A DNA stretch of 64,000 nucleotides from Mobula hypostoma (Eukaryota). The stretch is from contig NC_086097.1 in the NCBI RefSeq assembly GCF_963921235.1, forward strand, positions 68,326,001-68,390,000, written 5' to 3'. The notes beneath the pieces are model-generated. The model did no database searches. It saw only the letters and a program-made list of their open reading frames with translations, and was not told where the DNA came from. Below, piece by piece: positions 23,861-37,169 of this stretch. Both the position numbers and the translations under genes were made by a program. Every line of letters begins with the position of its first letter. The first letter of the stretch is position 1.

Positions 23861-26800
23861 AATGGAATTTTAGTTTCCATCCAATCCATCAGATGGATGA
23901 AGTATTTATGTCCTTACGTACATTATAGCTTAAAATGTTACTCAAAAATGAAAGTCATTTAACAGACAGCACCGGGAAGAAAAAAACACAGAATTACATG
24001 TGAGATAGTGTTACATCAGTGAAGAACTAGTGTTTCAGTCTGCCAAACAATGTAATGACTCTTCCAGGCAGAAGAATATTACCATCAAGGGAATATGTGG
24101 AACTTTTCAGTTTGACTCTAATTATGACTGAGATAAATTCGCATGGTCCAATGAAATGAGAAACTATGCAATGCTACTGTTAAAGTCAGATTGGTGAATA
24201 GTAAATGACAACTCCCCTGCTCTCAACCTATGGTGGAATTCTACCATATTTAATTCTATAGAAGAATTAAAACACAACCAAGCAAAATCAAGATAATTCT
24301 TTGTCAGTGCCAGACTCGATACAAATTACGATGCTTTAAGGATCAAGGAACCACCATGAGAGCTTATGTTTAGACAGCTGTTCATTCTGTTGTTGTACAA
24401 GTAAATATAACACTAATATATTAATTATATAAATATGCTTTATACACTAAAGAGTTCACCTTATTCAAGTTATCTGCAGAATAAAAATTAATGAATTTCA
24501 AATAATTATCTACATCTTTGCCGAACTGCATTTTCATATTCACATCTTCAGAAGATGTGGGTGGTTTGATGCATTCCAACAATCTATCTTCTTGCTAAGC
24601 CCATTTTAATTTAAATGCAATTAAGGATTTGAAATGAGCATTATGTATTAGATAAAGACCTGAATCTGCCAACTATCATAAATATGATTTTCTGAAAAAT
24701 TAATTACAAGCCATTAGGGTGCAAATCATTTTATTGCAAATGTTAAATTAAACCATAAAATCACTTCACTCATTCTATTAAAGACTCAACTGATTTAAAG
24801 AAGCAGTTCAATTGATTACTAGTAGGGAACATTTTAAGAGAAATAATAAATGCTCTGACATGAAATGACAGAAGATCATTGCTAAAAAGTGGTTGCTATT
24901 AAAATCTTCTCAAATAGATGATCTGGTGAATGTATGTCTAATGTACAGAGAATGACTGGTGAGGTATTAAAGAAAACAACTGTTTTCTTGGCTTAAGTTT
25001 TCCTGACAACACTGGACAACATAATTGTAACTAGTGTCACAAGAGTGCTAAAACTTGTTCACTATATGGCTAAATTATTGAATAGATAATGCTTGACAAA
25101 GAAAAGCAAATTGAAATTTCTGCAGATCTATGACTTCAGACAATTTTTAAATTGAATTTATTATTAGTATAAGCCCAACAACAATTTTCAAGATCCAGGA
25201 GCATTAGTGAACAAAGTCGAAACCAAGAGACGAAAGACAATATCTTGGCCAAAAGCTTGATCAAAGGCCTTTTTCTGTTAAGGGAAGACTTAAAAGAGAG
25301 GGTAGAGATAGAAACAGGGAGCAATGGAATTCCCAAATTCAGACCTTATGCAAGAGAAAAGTGGATGCCATAATGCAATAATTTAAGCAGAAATATGCAA
25401 GAGGTGAAAAGAAGAAGCAGAGATACAAGGCTGTAGACTCCATAGGTGTGGTTACAGAAAGAGGATGGGCAATTACAATGGACCACAAGAGTCCGTACAG
25501 GCTTCGTACTGAGCACTCAGTGCTCAATCATAGGAGTTTCATTTCTAGTACTACTGTTTGTGATTTTGCCTTTGTGTCATCTTGTTTACCTCAAGTCTGA
25601 GTCTGAATTTATTCCAGACCTTAGTCTGCACTGGGGTTCACCACCATCCACAGCTCCCTTGTTATAACATAGCTGAGCCCTCGTGAACCCAGCAGAGTAT
25701 GAATATCTGCGATCTGCACTGGCCTACCAGGGAGCAACTGCAGGCAGACATGACCGCATGGTTCAGGAGATCCTCACCACTCTGCAGAAACTCTCCAACT
25801 CCGATAGGTAGGTTCCGAGTTCAGCCGGAGCAACTGCCAGTTCCGGGCATGTTCAAGCTGGAGATTCCGTCAATACTCGTTTGGGATTGCTGCACCTACT
25901 GCTGCTCCTGAGCGGTACAATGGTAACCCCCAAGGCATGTCAAGGATTCCTGGTACAAAGCTCCTTGGCCTTCTAGTTACCACCATCCAGTTCCTGTCGG
26001 AACACAGTATGTTAGCCTATATCATCTCACTCCTAGATAGAAGAACCCTTGCCTGGGCTACCACACTCTGAAAGAAGGATTCACTCATATGTGCCAATCA
26101 AACCTCTTTTCAGAGACGTTGAGGAGGGTATTCTATCAATGCCGGAGGACATGGGTCTGTGATAAAGCTCCTCAACTTGCACCAGGAAATCGGTCTTTGG
26201 CCAATTATTCCATAGAATTTTGTACGTTAGCTGCAAAGTGTAGTTGAAACATGGAAGCACTAACCACTCTATTTCAAAAGAGATTGAATGGTGAGCTAAA
26301 GGATGCCCTTGTGACCCGAGACCAAGTGGAGTATCTAGAGAGTCTTATTGACCTGGCAATTTGACTCAATAACCGACTAATGGAAAGGAGAAAGGGTAGA
26401 CAAAGGAGATTATTTCAAAGAGACTCTCCCCCGACTATCTTTTGTTCTATCCTATTTCCCAGACTACGACTCCTCCTCGATCACCAGATTCTGAGGAGCC
26501 TATGCAAATAGGCCGGATCAGACTCCCTTGAGCTGAAAGAGAGAAGAAGGATGGAGAGGTGCTGCATTTACTGTGGAGGGACTGGACATTATCTGACCCT
26601 AGTCTCAAGCTGCTGGGACCATCCAGCATGGGGGTGGGGAACTGTGATGGTTGCTAGCCACACTCCTGGTTCAGCCTCCTCCAGAGTGGCACTCTCCATT
26701 TTGCTTTCATGGGAACACCAAAAACATTCCCTAGGTGTCTTTATTGACTCTGGTGCAGTGCGGGATTTTTTTTGGGCCTCAAACTGGCCAGATGATAGAA

Positions 26801-27338
26801 AATCCTCTTTTCACATCCCAACCAGCAGCTTGTTTTGTTGCCATAGCCCTGAATAGGAGACCTTTGATGGCAGGACCTAGAGAGAACAATCAGATGTCTA
26901 GCCTCAGGAACCCTACCAGCTGGACTGGAGTGACAATCTGGTCTGGTAGAGCTTGCGCACATCAGACTTCAGCATTCATCTTTTGGGATGTCCCCTTTTG
27001 ATACCCAATTTGGGTACCCTCCTCCACTGTTCCCGGAACAAGAAGTGGAAGTGGGCGTTCCATCAGGGAACTAACTGGTCCAGAGATTTTGCCAGAAATG
27101 GTTTAAGGCAAGAGAGACGCGATTGGCCAATTCACGGCAATAACAAGACTAGGCCAACCACCTGAGAAAACAGGGACCAACACTTCTTCCCAGTCAGTGG
27201 GTCTGGCTCTCAATTACATGTGGACTGAATCCAGAAAACTGGCACATTGTTACATCCTGCAATGCATCAACTCAGTTACTTATCATCTCCAACTTGAGAG
27301 CACCATGCGGATTCACATTGTTCGAGGTAAAATGCAGT

Positions 27339-28063
27339 ATCCTGTGGACTGGGAGAGATACGGCACAGAACATTGAACAGTATAGCACAGGAACAGGAAC
27401 ATCCCGTGGACTGGGAGAGATACGGCCCGGAACATAGAACAGTATAGCACAGGAACAGGAACATCCCGTGGACTGGGAGAGATACGGCCCAGAACATAGA
27501 ACAGGAACATCCCGTGGACTGGGAGAGATACGGCCCGGAACATAGAACTGTACAGCACAGGAACAGGAACATCCCATGGACTGGGAGAGATACAGCCCGG
27601 AACATAGAACAGTATAGCACAGGAACAGGAACATCCCGTGGACTGGGAGAGATACGGCCCGGAACATAGAACAGTATAGCACAGGAACAGGAACATCCCG
27701 TGGACTGGGAGAGATACGGCCCGGAACATAGAACAGTATAGCACAGGAACAGGAACATCCCATGGACTGGGAGAGATACGGCCTGGAACATAGAACAATA
27801 CAGCACAGGAACAGGAACATCCTATGGACTGGGAGAGATACGGCCTGGAACATAGAACTGTACAGCACAGGAACAGGAACATCCCATGGACTGGGAGAGA
27901 TACGGTCCGGAACATAGAACAGTACAGCACAGGAACAGGAACATCCCATGGACTGGGAGAGATACGGCCTGGAACATAGAACTGTACAGCACAGGAACAG
28001 GAACATCCCGTGGACTGGGAGAGATATGGCCCAGAACATAGAACAGTATAGCATAGGAACAGG
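27339..28063. repeat. 62-bp minisatellite, 12 units (one shortened to 46 bp)
   Basis: Unit ATCCCGTGGACTGGGAGAGATACGGCCCGGAACATAGAACAGTATAGCACAGGAACAGGAAC starts at 27339, 27401, 27463, 27509, 27571, 27633, 27695, 27757, 27819, 27881, 27943 and 28005. Confidence 0.95.
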
Positions 28064-28337
28064 CCATTCAGCCCACATTGTTGTGCCGAACGAACTAAAA
28101 AGCAAATCAAAAACACCCAAACACTAAGCCCTCCCACCTACATCATGTCCATATCCCTACATCTTCCTTACAACTCTTATGCCTATCTAAGTAACTCTTA
28201 AAAGCTTGCAATGTATTTGCCTCTACCACCATACCAGGCAGTGTATTCGAGGCAAACACGACTCTCTGAGTAAAAACCTTACTCATCACATCCTCTTTGA
28301 ATTTACCTCCTCTCACATTCAACACATGCCCTCTGGT

Positions 28338-28684
28338 GGTAGATCAAAGGACCCTATGGAAAATCCTGGCAATTCTGGATAATGCTTCTCACCCTCTGCA
28401 TGCCACCTTGGCTGAACAGTGGAGCATTTTTAGTAACAAACTAAGACACCTGCCACTCCAAAGAGTGCTCTATGAAGCCATTCTTACCATCGGCCATTAG
28501 GCTCTATAATGAGTCAACCTACAGCCGGGGAAGTGATGACCCCTCCTGTAGACTGTCTGTGATAACTTATTTTTTATTCTTTTTACTTCTCTTAAAATTT
28601 TTATATCCTTGCACTTGTAATGCTACAGTGACACTATATTTCCTTTGGGAGCAAGAAAGTATCTATCCATTTACCTATCGATCT
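28338..28684 (+). mobile_element. Rex1/Babar 3' fragment nested in CR1
   Basis: ILAILDNASHPLH..PFLPSAIRLYN and a (CTAT)-like tail. CR1 resumes on both sides. Confidence 0.8.
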
Positions 28685-29822
28685 ATTAGACATTTCAATA
28701 CTGGGAATCGGATACTCTCTATCCACTCTATCTATGCTTCTCATAATCTTGTAAACCTCTATCAGATCTCCCCTCAGCCCCCGGTGCTCCAGAGAAAACA
28801 ATCCATTTATCCAGCCTCTCATGATAGTACATACCCTCTAAACGAGGCAGCATCCTGGTAAACCTCTTCTTCAACCCCTCCAAAGCCTCAACAACCTTCC
28901 TATAGTGGAGTGACCAGAACTGTATGTAATACTCCAGATGTGGCCTAACCAGAGTTTTATAAAGTTGCGGCATAACCTCTTGACCTTTGAACTCAATGCC
29001 TCGACTCATAAAAGCAAGTATTCCATAAGCATTCTTAACCACCTTATTGACCTGTACAGCCACTTTCATGGAACTATGAGCTTGGCTGCCGAGAACTCTC
29101 CGCTCAGCAACACTGCTAAGGATCTTGCACTAAGTACTGTCTCCTTGCATTTGCCCTACCAAGATGTAACACTTCACATTTATCTGGGTTAAACTCCATC
29201 TTGCATTTCTCTGCCCATATTTGCAACAGATATATATCGTGCTCTATTCATTGCCAGTCTTCTACACTATCCACAACTCCACCAACCTTGGTATCATCCA
29301 CAAACTTACTAACCCGCACATCTATGTTTTCATCCAGGTCACTTATATACATCACAACAGCACAGGTCCCAGCAGAGATGCCTGCAGAACACCACTAATT
29401 CGACCTCCAGTTCAAATAAGTCCCTTCAACTACTACCCTCTGTCTTCTATGTGCAAGCCAGTTCTTAATCCGAACAGCCAATTCACCATAGATCCCATGC
29501 ATCATAATTTTTTGGATTAGCATCCCATGAGGAACTTTATCAAATGGCTTACTAAAATCCATATAGACAACATCCACTGCCCTACCCTCATCAATCTCTC
29601 TTGTCACCTTGTCAAAACACTCGATCAAGTAGGTAAGGCACAACCTGCCATGCACAAAGCCACGCTGGCTCTTCCTAATTAGGCAATGAGTTTCTAAATG
29701 CTCATGTATCCTATACCTAAGAATTTTCTCCAGCAGCTTAGCTACAACTGATGTGAGACACACAGGTCTACAATTCCCAGGATCTTCTCTTGTTCGCTTC
29801 TTAAAAAAAGGTACAACATTAG

Positions 29823-31137
29823 AGTCAGAATCAGGTTTATTATCACCAGCATGTGACATAAAATTTGTTAACTTAGCAGCAGCAGTTCAATGGAATACAT
29901 AACATAGAAGAGAAATAAATAAATAAATAAATTACAGTATACATAATAGATTTTAAAATGTGCAAAAAACAGAAATACTGTATATTTTTAAAAAAGTAAG
30001 GTAGTGTCCAAGGGTTCAATGTCCATTTAGGAATGGGATGGCAGAGGGGAAGAAGCTGTTCCTGAATCGCTTCAGGCTTCTGTACCTCCTACCTGATGGT
30101 AACAGTGAGAAAGGTGCATGCCTTGGATGCTGGAGGTCCTTAATAATAGACACTGCCTTTCTGAGATACCGCTCCCTGAAGATGTCCTGAGTACTTTGTA
30201 GGCTAGTATCCAAGATGGAGCTGACTAGATTTACACCCCTTTGCAGCTCCTTTCAGTCCTGTACACCCCCCCACCCCCGCCATACCAGACAGTGATGCAG
30301 TTTGTCAGAATGCTCTCCATGGTACATCTGTAAAATTTTTTGAGTGTATTTGTTGATATGCCAAATCTCTTCAAACTCCTAATGAAGTATAGCTGCTGTC
30401 TTGCCTTCTTTATAACTACATCGATATGTTGGGACCAGATTAGATCCTCAGAGATTTTGACACCAGGAATTTGAAACTGCTCACTCTCTCCACTTCTGAT
30501 CCCTCTATGAGGATTGGTGTGTGTTCTCTTGTCTTTTGTCTTACTGATGTTGAGTGCCAGGTTGTTGCTGCAGCACCACTCCACTAGTTGGCATATCTCA
30601 CTCCTGTACACCCTCTCGTCACCACCTGAGATTCTACCAACAATGGTTGCATCATCAGCAAATTTATAGATGGTATTTGAGCTATGTTTAGTCACACAGC
30701 CATATGTATATAGAGAGTAGAGCAGTGGGCTAAGCACACACCTTTGAGGTGTGCCAGTGTTGATCGTCAGCGAGGAGAATATGCTATCACCAATCTGTGC
30801 AGATCCAATTGTAGAACGCGGTACAGAGGCCCAGGTTCAGTAACTTCTCAATTAGGATTGTGGGAATGATGGTATTAAATGTTGAGCTATAGTCAATGAA
30901 CAGCATCCTGATATAGGTGTTTGTGTTGTCCAGGTGGTCTAAAGCCGTGTGGAGAGCCATTGAGATTATGTCTGCTGTTGACCTATTGTGGCGATAGGCA
31001 AATTGCAATCAGTCCAGGTCTTTGCTGAGGCAGGAGTTCAGTCTAGTCATGACCAAACTCTTAAAGCATTTCATCACTGTCGATGTGAGTGCTACTGGGC
31101 GATAGTCATTAGGGCAGCTCACATTATTCTTCTTAGG
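29823..31137 (-). mobile_element. Rex1/Babar LINE nested in CR1
   Basis: [26 protein letters not shown] and KFADDATIVG. CATTAG duplicated at 29817-29822 and 31138-31143. Confidence 0.9.
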
Positions 31138-32529
31138 CATTAGCCTTTTTGAAGCATTGGCCACTCACCATTCCTCCAGGATCTCACCAGTGATTAGAGA
31201 GGACACGAGGATACTGGTCAAGGGCCCAGCAATCTTATCTCGTGCTTCCTTCAATAACCTTAGGTAAATCCCATCAGAGCCTGGGTACTTATCCACCTTA
31301 ATACTCATTAGGAGGCTCAACACTTCCTCCTCCTTGACCTCTAAATGCCCTAATGTATTTATACACTCAGCGTTGATCTTCTGATCCTCCATATTCTTTT
31401 TCTTGGTAAATACTGAAGCAAAGTACTCATTAGGTACCACCCTCACATTCTCTGCATCCAAGCAAATGCTCCCCCCTTGATCCTTGAGTGGTCCCACCCT
31501 CTCCCTAGTTATTCTTTTGCACTCGACATATCTATAGAATGCCTTGGGATTCACCCTAATCCTACTTGCCAAGGACTTTGCATGGCCCCTCCTGGCTTTC
31601 CTAATATCCTCCTTTAGTTTTTTTCTCATGCGCTTCTTTCATCCCAACTTCTGAAGCTTTACATATTTTCAATACAGAAGAAAGAAACTGGATTTCTTCA
31701 CAGGACATCCCAGACCCTACCTTAATAGAGGACTTTCACCAGCTCCTTCCTGACCAGGGAACTGGAGCGTTAAAACTTGGATGTCTGTTGCTGTTCAGTC
31801 AGGGCCATGACAGACATGCATCAGGAGCCGGCCATTGGAGAGGGTGTTTATTATGGTCCCGACTGATCAGCATCTGGCATCCAAGTTTCGGTGCTCCAAT
31901 TCCCCAGAGTATGGTTAGCTGCTGTTGTCCCTTTAAAATTCAGACTGCCAATTATTCCCTGCCACATTCATTCATGGAAATCTGTATTTAAAGGCCTTGT
32001 GCTGAGCACTCAGAGCTCAATCATAGGAGTTCCATCTGAGGTAGTGCTGTTTGTAATTTCATCTTTGGATGTCATTTGTGTCGTCTTGCTAATTTCAAGT
32101 CTGAGTCTTAGTCTGAGTTAATTCTACACCTTACTCTGCACTTGGATTCAGTATTATCCATAGCACTCTCAGTACATCCCCATTATTTATCATTTTCAGG
32201 GTTGAAAGTTGTTGTCTTAAATAGCTGAGCAGCTGTCTGAGTGCAACTTGCAGCATAAGTATTTGTTCCAATACAAATATGAAATGTTTTAAATTCTTTC
32301 ATGGTGCCAATTTCTTTGAATTGCAATTTCCTGGTTTGCTACTGTCTGTAGGTACCTAGTGGGTTAATGATCCAGAATCAGCAACCAGAAAACTCAACAT
32401 TATAGCTGAAGAATTTAAATTCAATAGGTCTGGTATAACATCAAACAAAATAAATCAAAATCTCCTGGGCTGTTGCCATTTTGCCACCAGAGGTGGTCAA
32501 GACATGAACTGTACCATCAACAGCTATGA

Positions 32530-34320
32530 AACACATAAAATAGAACAGTACAGTGCAGTACAGGCCCTTTGGCCCACAATGCTGTACTGACATAACTTAC
32601 TTGAGAAAAACCCAGCCCTTCCCTCCCCGTAGCCTTCCACACATCTTCATTTATGTACTTATTTAAGAGTCTCTTAGATATCCCTAATGTGTCTGCTTTA
32701 ACCTCCCTGGCAGCACGTTTCACAGACCTATCACTTTCTGTGTAAATAAAAAACAACTACCCCGATTTCTCCCCTATACTTTTCTCCAATCACCTTCAAA
32801 TTATACCCCTTTGTATTAGTCATTTCTGCCCTGGGAAAACGTTTCTAGCTGCCCACTCTATCTATGTCTCTTATCATCTTGCACACCTTTATAAAGTCAC
32901 TTATCCTCCTTCACTACAAGAAGAAAACCCTAGCTTGCTCAACCTATCTTAATAAGACCGACTCTTTAATCCGGGCAGCATCCTTGCAAATCTCATTTGC
33001 TCCTTCCCTAAAGTGTCCACATCCTTCCTAGAATGAGACGACCAGAACCGAACAAATATTGCATAGATCTGTAACATTACCTCATGGCTTTTGAACTCAA
33101 TCCCCCAACCAATGAAGACTGACACTCCACACACCGTCAACGTTCAAAGCCCATTTACAATCAAAGTATATATACTATATACCGACTTGAGATTCACCTC
33201 CTTACAGACAGTTACAAAACTAGAAACCTATTAGAACCCATTATAAAATGAGACCATCAAACACCCAATGTGCAAAAAAGAGAAAAAATCGTGCAAACAA
33301 TAAGAAGTAAGCAAATACCACTCAGAACTCTAGTTCACAAAAGTGAGTTCACAGCCATGAAGCCAGTCATTACTGTAGCTGGTCCATGAGCCTGTTCATT
33401 ACAGGCCACAGTCTCAGTTCAGTGTAGAGATGGGTAAACCTCAATAAGCAGCGAGCTGAAGACCAGCCCATCCCTTCTCTCTGGCCCCGACACTCTGACT
33501 TTTTCAATCTGGCCTGGCGCTTAAATTGGCCAAACTCAACTCGTTCCTTGCTCTCAGATCCGGGCCTGCCACTTTGATACATTATCAGGCCCGCACTCCA
33601 CTGCCTCAATTCAGCCCACATCCAACCTTTCTAATCTGACCCGGCAAATAAATCAGTCAAACATTCAGCTCATTCCTTGCCCTGGCACTCAACTCTAACT
33701 AGCCTCGGATCTGCCACTTCAAATTGTCTCCAACAATGGGGAACCTTGTCAAATGCCTTATTAAAATCCATATACTCCACATTTACTACTCTACCTTCAG
33801 CAATTTGTCTCGTCACTTTCTCAAAGAATTCAATCTGGGTCATGAGGTACGACATGCCCCTCACAAAGCCATGCTGATTAACCCTAATATGACTCTGTTT
33901 CTCTCAAATTCTCATAAATCCTGTCACTAAGGATCCTCTCCAATAGTTTGCCCACCATTGACATAAGGCTCACTGCTCTACAACTCCCAGGGTTATCCCC
34001 ATCACCTTTCTTGAACAAAGAAATAACATTTGTCACTCTCTAATCTTCTAGCACTACTCCTGTGGTCAGTGAGGATGTAAAGATTATCGTCAAAGGAGCA
34101 GCAATCTCTTCTCTTGCTTCCCGTAGTAACCTAGTGTACATCCCATCCAGTCCCAGAGACATATCTCTCCTAATGCTTTTCAAAAGTTCCAGCACACCCT
34201 CTATCTTAACATTGACATGTTTCAACATATTAGTCTGTTCTATGTTGCCCTCACATTTGTCAAGGTCCCTGTCAATGGTGAATACTGAAGCAAAGTATTC
34301 ATTAAGGATCTCTCCATCTC
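32530..34320 (-). mobile_element. CR1 LINE with a non-coding Rex1-tailed insertion (~33141-33735)
   Basis: EYMDFNKAFDKVPH, RLLREAREEIAAPL and GIEFKSHEVM. Tail at ~32535. Confidence 0.85.
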
Positions 34321-35365
34321 ATCCAGCTCCAGCTCCAGTTCTCTAACATGGTCTGTAAGGAGCTGCACCCAGATGCATGTCCCTCACACATCTCCTACAT
34401 ATTGCATGAGGAGCACACCATTGACCTGGGATCCATTCTTACTACTCTAGAAAGAAATAGAAACTTGACTATAGCCTTCCCCTAGCTTCACTTGTGAAGC
34501 AAAGCTTCAATTTCCTACTCTCACCCTGTTCCACTCACACTATGGCTGCTCCACTTAAACAACCTATCCATTGGCTTCTTCCAAATGCCTAATTACCCAA
34601 ACAATTTCAATCTCCACAGAAATTCATATATACGCTATTAGCTCATATATTAAAATCAAAAAAGGAAAGTCTGAAAGTTTTATCAAAATAATATTGACAT
34701 TTGGGATAAGGTTTCGATGCATCAAAAAGTGCCTGTCCTTAAAATATTTCTGGGTTCATTTAGCAACACCAAAATATTGTTGTATAGAACACAGACTGTC
34801 TTTAAAAGTGCAGTAGGAATGCCACCTCTCAGTGTAATATTTAAGCTATAAGTGCACTTAGTTCCATAATGGCAACTCTAATATATTAAATGTGGATAAA
34901 TTAGATCTGGTTTTCCTGGTGGTACTTTGCCATGCAGCTGGACCTTGGCAATCGGTCCTTACAGGGACATAATGTGCCACATAAGCACCTTTGCTACAGC
35001 TTGGACAATGTAGTGTTGTGTGAATAATGACAGCTTCAATGTTAGGTTAGAGGTTAGTATCCCAGTTTCAGTGAACGGGATCAGAACAGATTGGTAGGGC
35101 AGATAATCCACGAGAGAAAAAACATTTTATGTTCGGATTCCAAGCAGAACGACCAGGACTACAGCTAGATGTTCCTAGTATGAGTTTAATTAGATGATTG
35201 CTTTCTGCTTCTTCCCTTATGTGCCCTCATGTCTCCCTCCAATTCACACATACATAAACTCTCACAATCATTCCATTATTTCATCTACACATACATTCTT
35301 CTGAGTAATGCACATTGACTTCACACTCTTTCTCCAAATCCATTCTTATAAAATTACTTGCTCAC

Positions 35366-35471
35366 CATGCCTTGGAATTATTAAAGAGGACAAAAATGCA
35401 ATATATCCAAACTTTTTTATTGCTGTGTGAGGCAAAGGTAGCAAGACACAGGTAGCCCGTGAGGAACCCAT
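35366..35471 (-). CDS. Candidate first coding exon (signal-peptide-like) of an unidentified host gene
   Basis: Unique sequence with a CpG cluster. ATG with +4 G, MGSSRATCVLLPLPHTAIKKFGYIAFLSSLIIPRH, then donor ATG|GTGAGC. No downstream exon identified. Confidence 0.35.
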
Positions 35472-36489
35472 CCGGCTGAATAATATTATTGAATACTAGG
35501 TCTGGCGTAGTAGAGCAGGTGATCTCGAGGTACCCGAGGAAGACATCGTGCAATTTCATTTAGCCTCAGTAGAGTTTTCAGTTGGAGGGAGTGTAACCAT
35601 ATCGATAAGATCTGATTTGTAAAGATCGTCATGAACAACATCCATTAAAATTCAGAAGAAACAGACATTTGGCCATGAGTGAGTTGTAACAATGGACCAC
35701 TACAGACATGACATTGAACTGTATTTACCCAAGTGGATACCTGCTCAAAAACTTTACACCTTTTCATAACAGCTCAAAACCTGCCAACTGTCAGGTCTCC
35801 TTTAATTAGTCATATCTTGAGATGCATTGAATAAAATTTGTTCATTCTTAACACAGGAAGCTGCAGGTGTCATCACAAATATAACATTCATATATGTCTA
35901 TCATTATAGGACAGCAGAAAGACTGATTGGTTCAGGACAAGCAGGAGACAGGAAACAACATAAAGCTCCTTTATTTGAAAAAGTACTGCTAAAACAGCAG
36001 CACAGATAAATACCGATATATGTTATTTCAAAATTGCTCATTCAATTGGCAAATTCAGCCGGCACATGAATGCAATGTCTACCGTAAAGCATTGTGCAGT
36101 AGTATGGGGCTGTCAACAGCCATTAGTTCAGCCCCAAATTCAACATTCTTCATGTGGTATAAAATGACCCAGTGAAAGAATCAGTACAAAAATTAATGGA
36201 AATATTCAGTGTAGCATAAATAAGAAGTGTGTTCTTTGCAGATGAGTCCTTGAAGGCTAACCTTTCAAAAGACCATGGATCAGTAGAATCTAGTACCCAT
36301 TTACAAAATTACATGTAATAAGCAGATGGTCATCCAGGAGTAAGAATTTTTTTTTAAATTCTTCACAAAGAAAGCAGTGAATCTTTAGAGTTCTTGACCA
36401 AAAGGGCTATACTCTCATTACTCCACTACTCTACAGTAATTAAAGCGTTGAACAAGGTTAAAGCTGTAGAGGATGAGAGTGGAAAAGCA

Positions 36490-37102
36490 ACAGGTGTCAG
36501 CGTCACCTGCCTGTGGTTGGCCGCTCTGTCTCTTGCTGTTGCCAGCGGAAGGTGCAGGAGTCTTGGGTCCCACACTGCAAGGTTCAATCGCTCCGGCAGC
36601 TCATGGCTATGGAGTCACTTTACAGGGTCTATGAGGTATGATATTTAATGTCCTCAGTGCTGAATATGCTCTGCGGCAGTGGACTCACTTTGGGGATTCT
36701 GCAGTTCATGTTTCATGTATTTTTGTTTACTCTCTTTTATTATTTGCATGATTTGACAGAGGTGTTTTAGCGCAGAACTGGCTCTGCAGCCATTCACACA
36801 GCACTGAACTGACTGACTCACCAGCTCCTGGACTGGCTTCACTCACCTTTGCAGTTCTCTGGCTGTGGACTCACTTTTGGGGACTCTGCGACTTGATGTT
36901 TAATTTTCTGTGTGTTGTTCATTCGCTTTTTGTTGTTTGTGTGTTCTTTTTTTCGTACATTGGGTGTTTGATTCTCTTTGCTGTGTGGGGTTTTCTTCAA
37001 ATAGGTTCTGTGGTGTTGCTTTGAACTGTGGCTGCCTGCAAGAAGATGAATTTCAAGGTTGTATACTGTATACATACTTTGATTATAAATGTACTTTGAA
37101 CC
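36490..37102 (+). mobile_element. Non-autonomous or composite element with a Rex1-type 3' tail
   Basis: ggactcactttggggactct motif occurs twice. Ends tatacatactttgattataaatgtactttgaacc like the Rex1 tails. Confidence 0.6.
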
Positions 37103-37169
37103 TACAAATCACTCATTCTGGAGCTGAATAGATTTTCGGATATTAAGGGAAGTTATTTTTAATTGTATT

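Larger units (their letters stand above)
28033..31672 (-). mobile_element. CR1 LINE inserted in the Gypsy chromodomain
   Basis: NPKAFYRYV, DVVYMDFSKPFDKVPHG and LYKTLVRPHLEYYIQFWS. Probable TSD ACAGAA. Confidence 0.9.
25495..32175 (+). mobile_element. Chromodomain Gypsy element with RT/RNase H deleted and nested LINEs
   Basis: Partial 5' LTR 25495-25669 matches 3' LTR ~31800-32175 (ctgagcactcag.gctcaatcataggagtt). Gag (YSIEFCTLAA, CIYCGGTGH), protease VFIDSGA, MSPFDTQFGYPPPLFP. Split chromodomain QYPVDWERYG(T)|EERNWISSQDIPDPTLIEDFH. Confidence 0.85.

Noticed and set aside
27339..28063. CRISPR-like array
   Set aside because: Units are tandem with no unique spacers, there are no cas genes, the context is eukaryotic, and the unit is explained by a TE junction.
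27272..28137. Cys-rich 176-282 aa ORFs on minus
   Set aside because: They are artefacts of a stop-free 62-bp repeat cycling through three frames.
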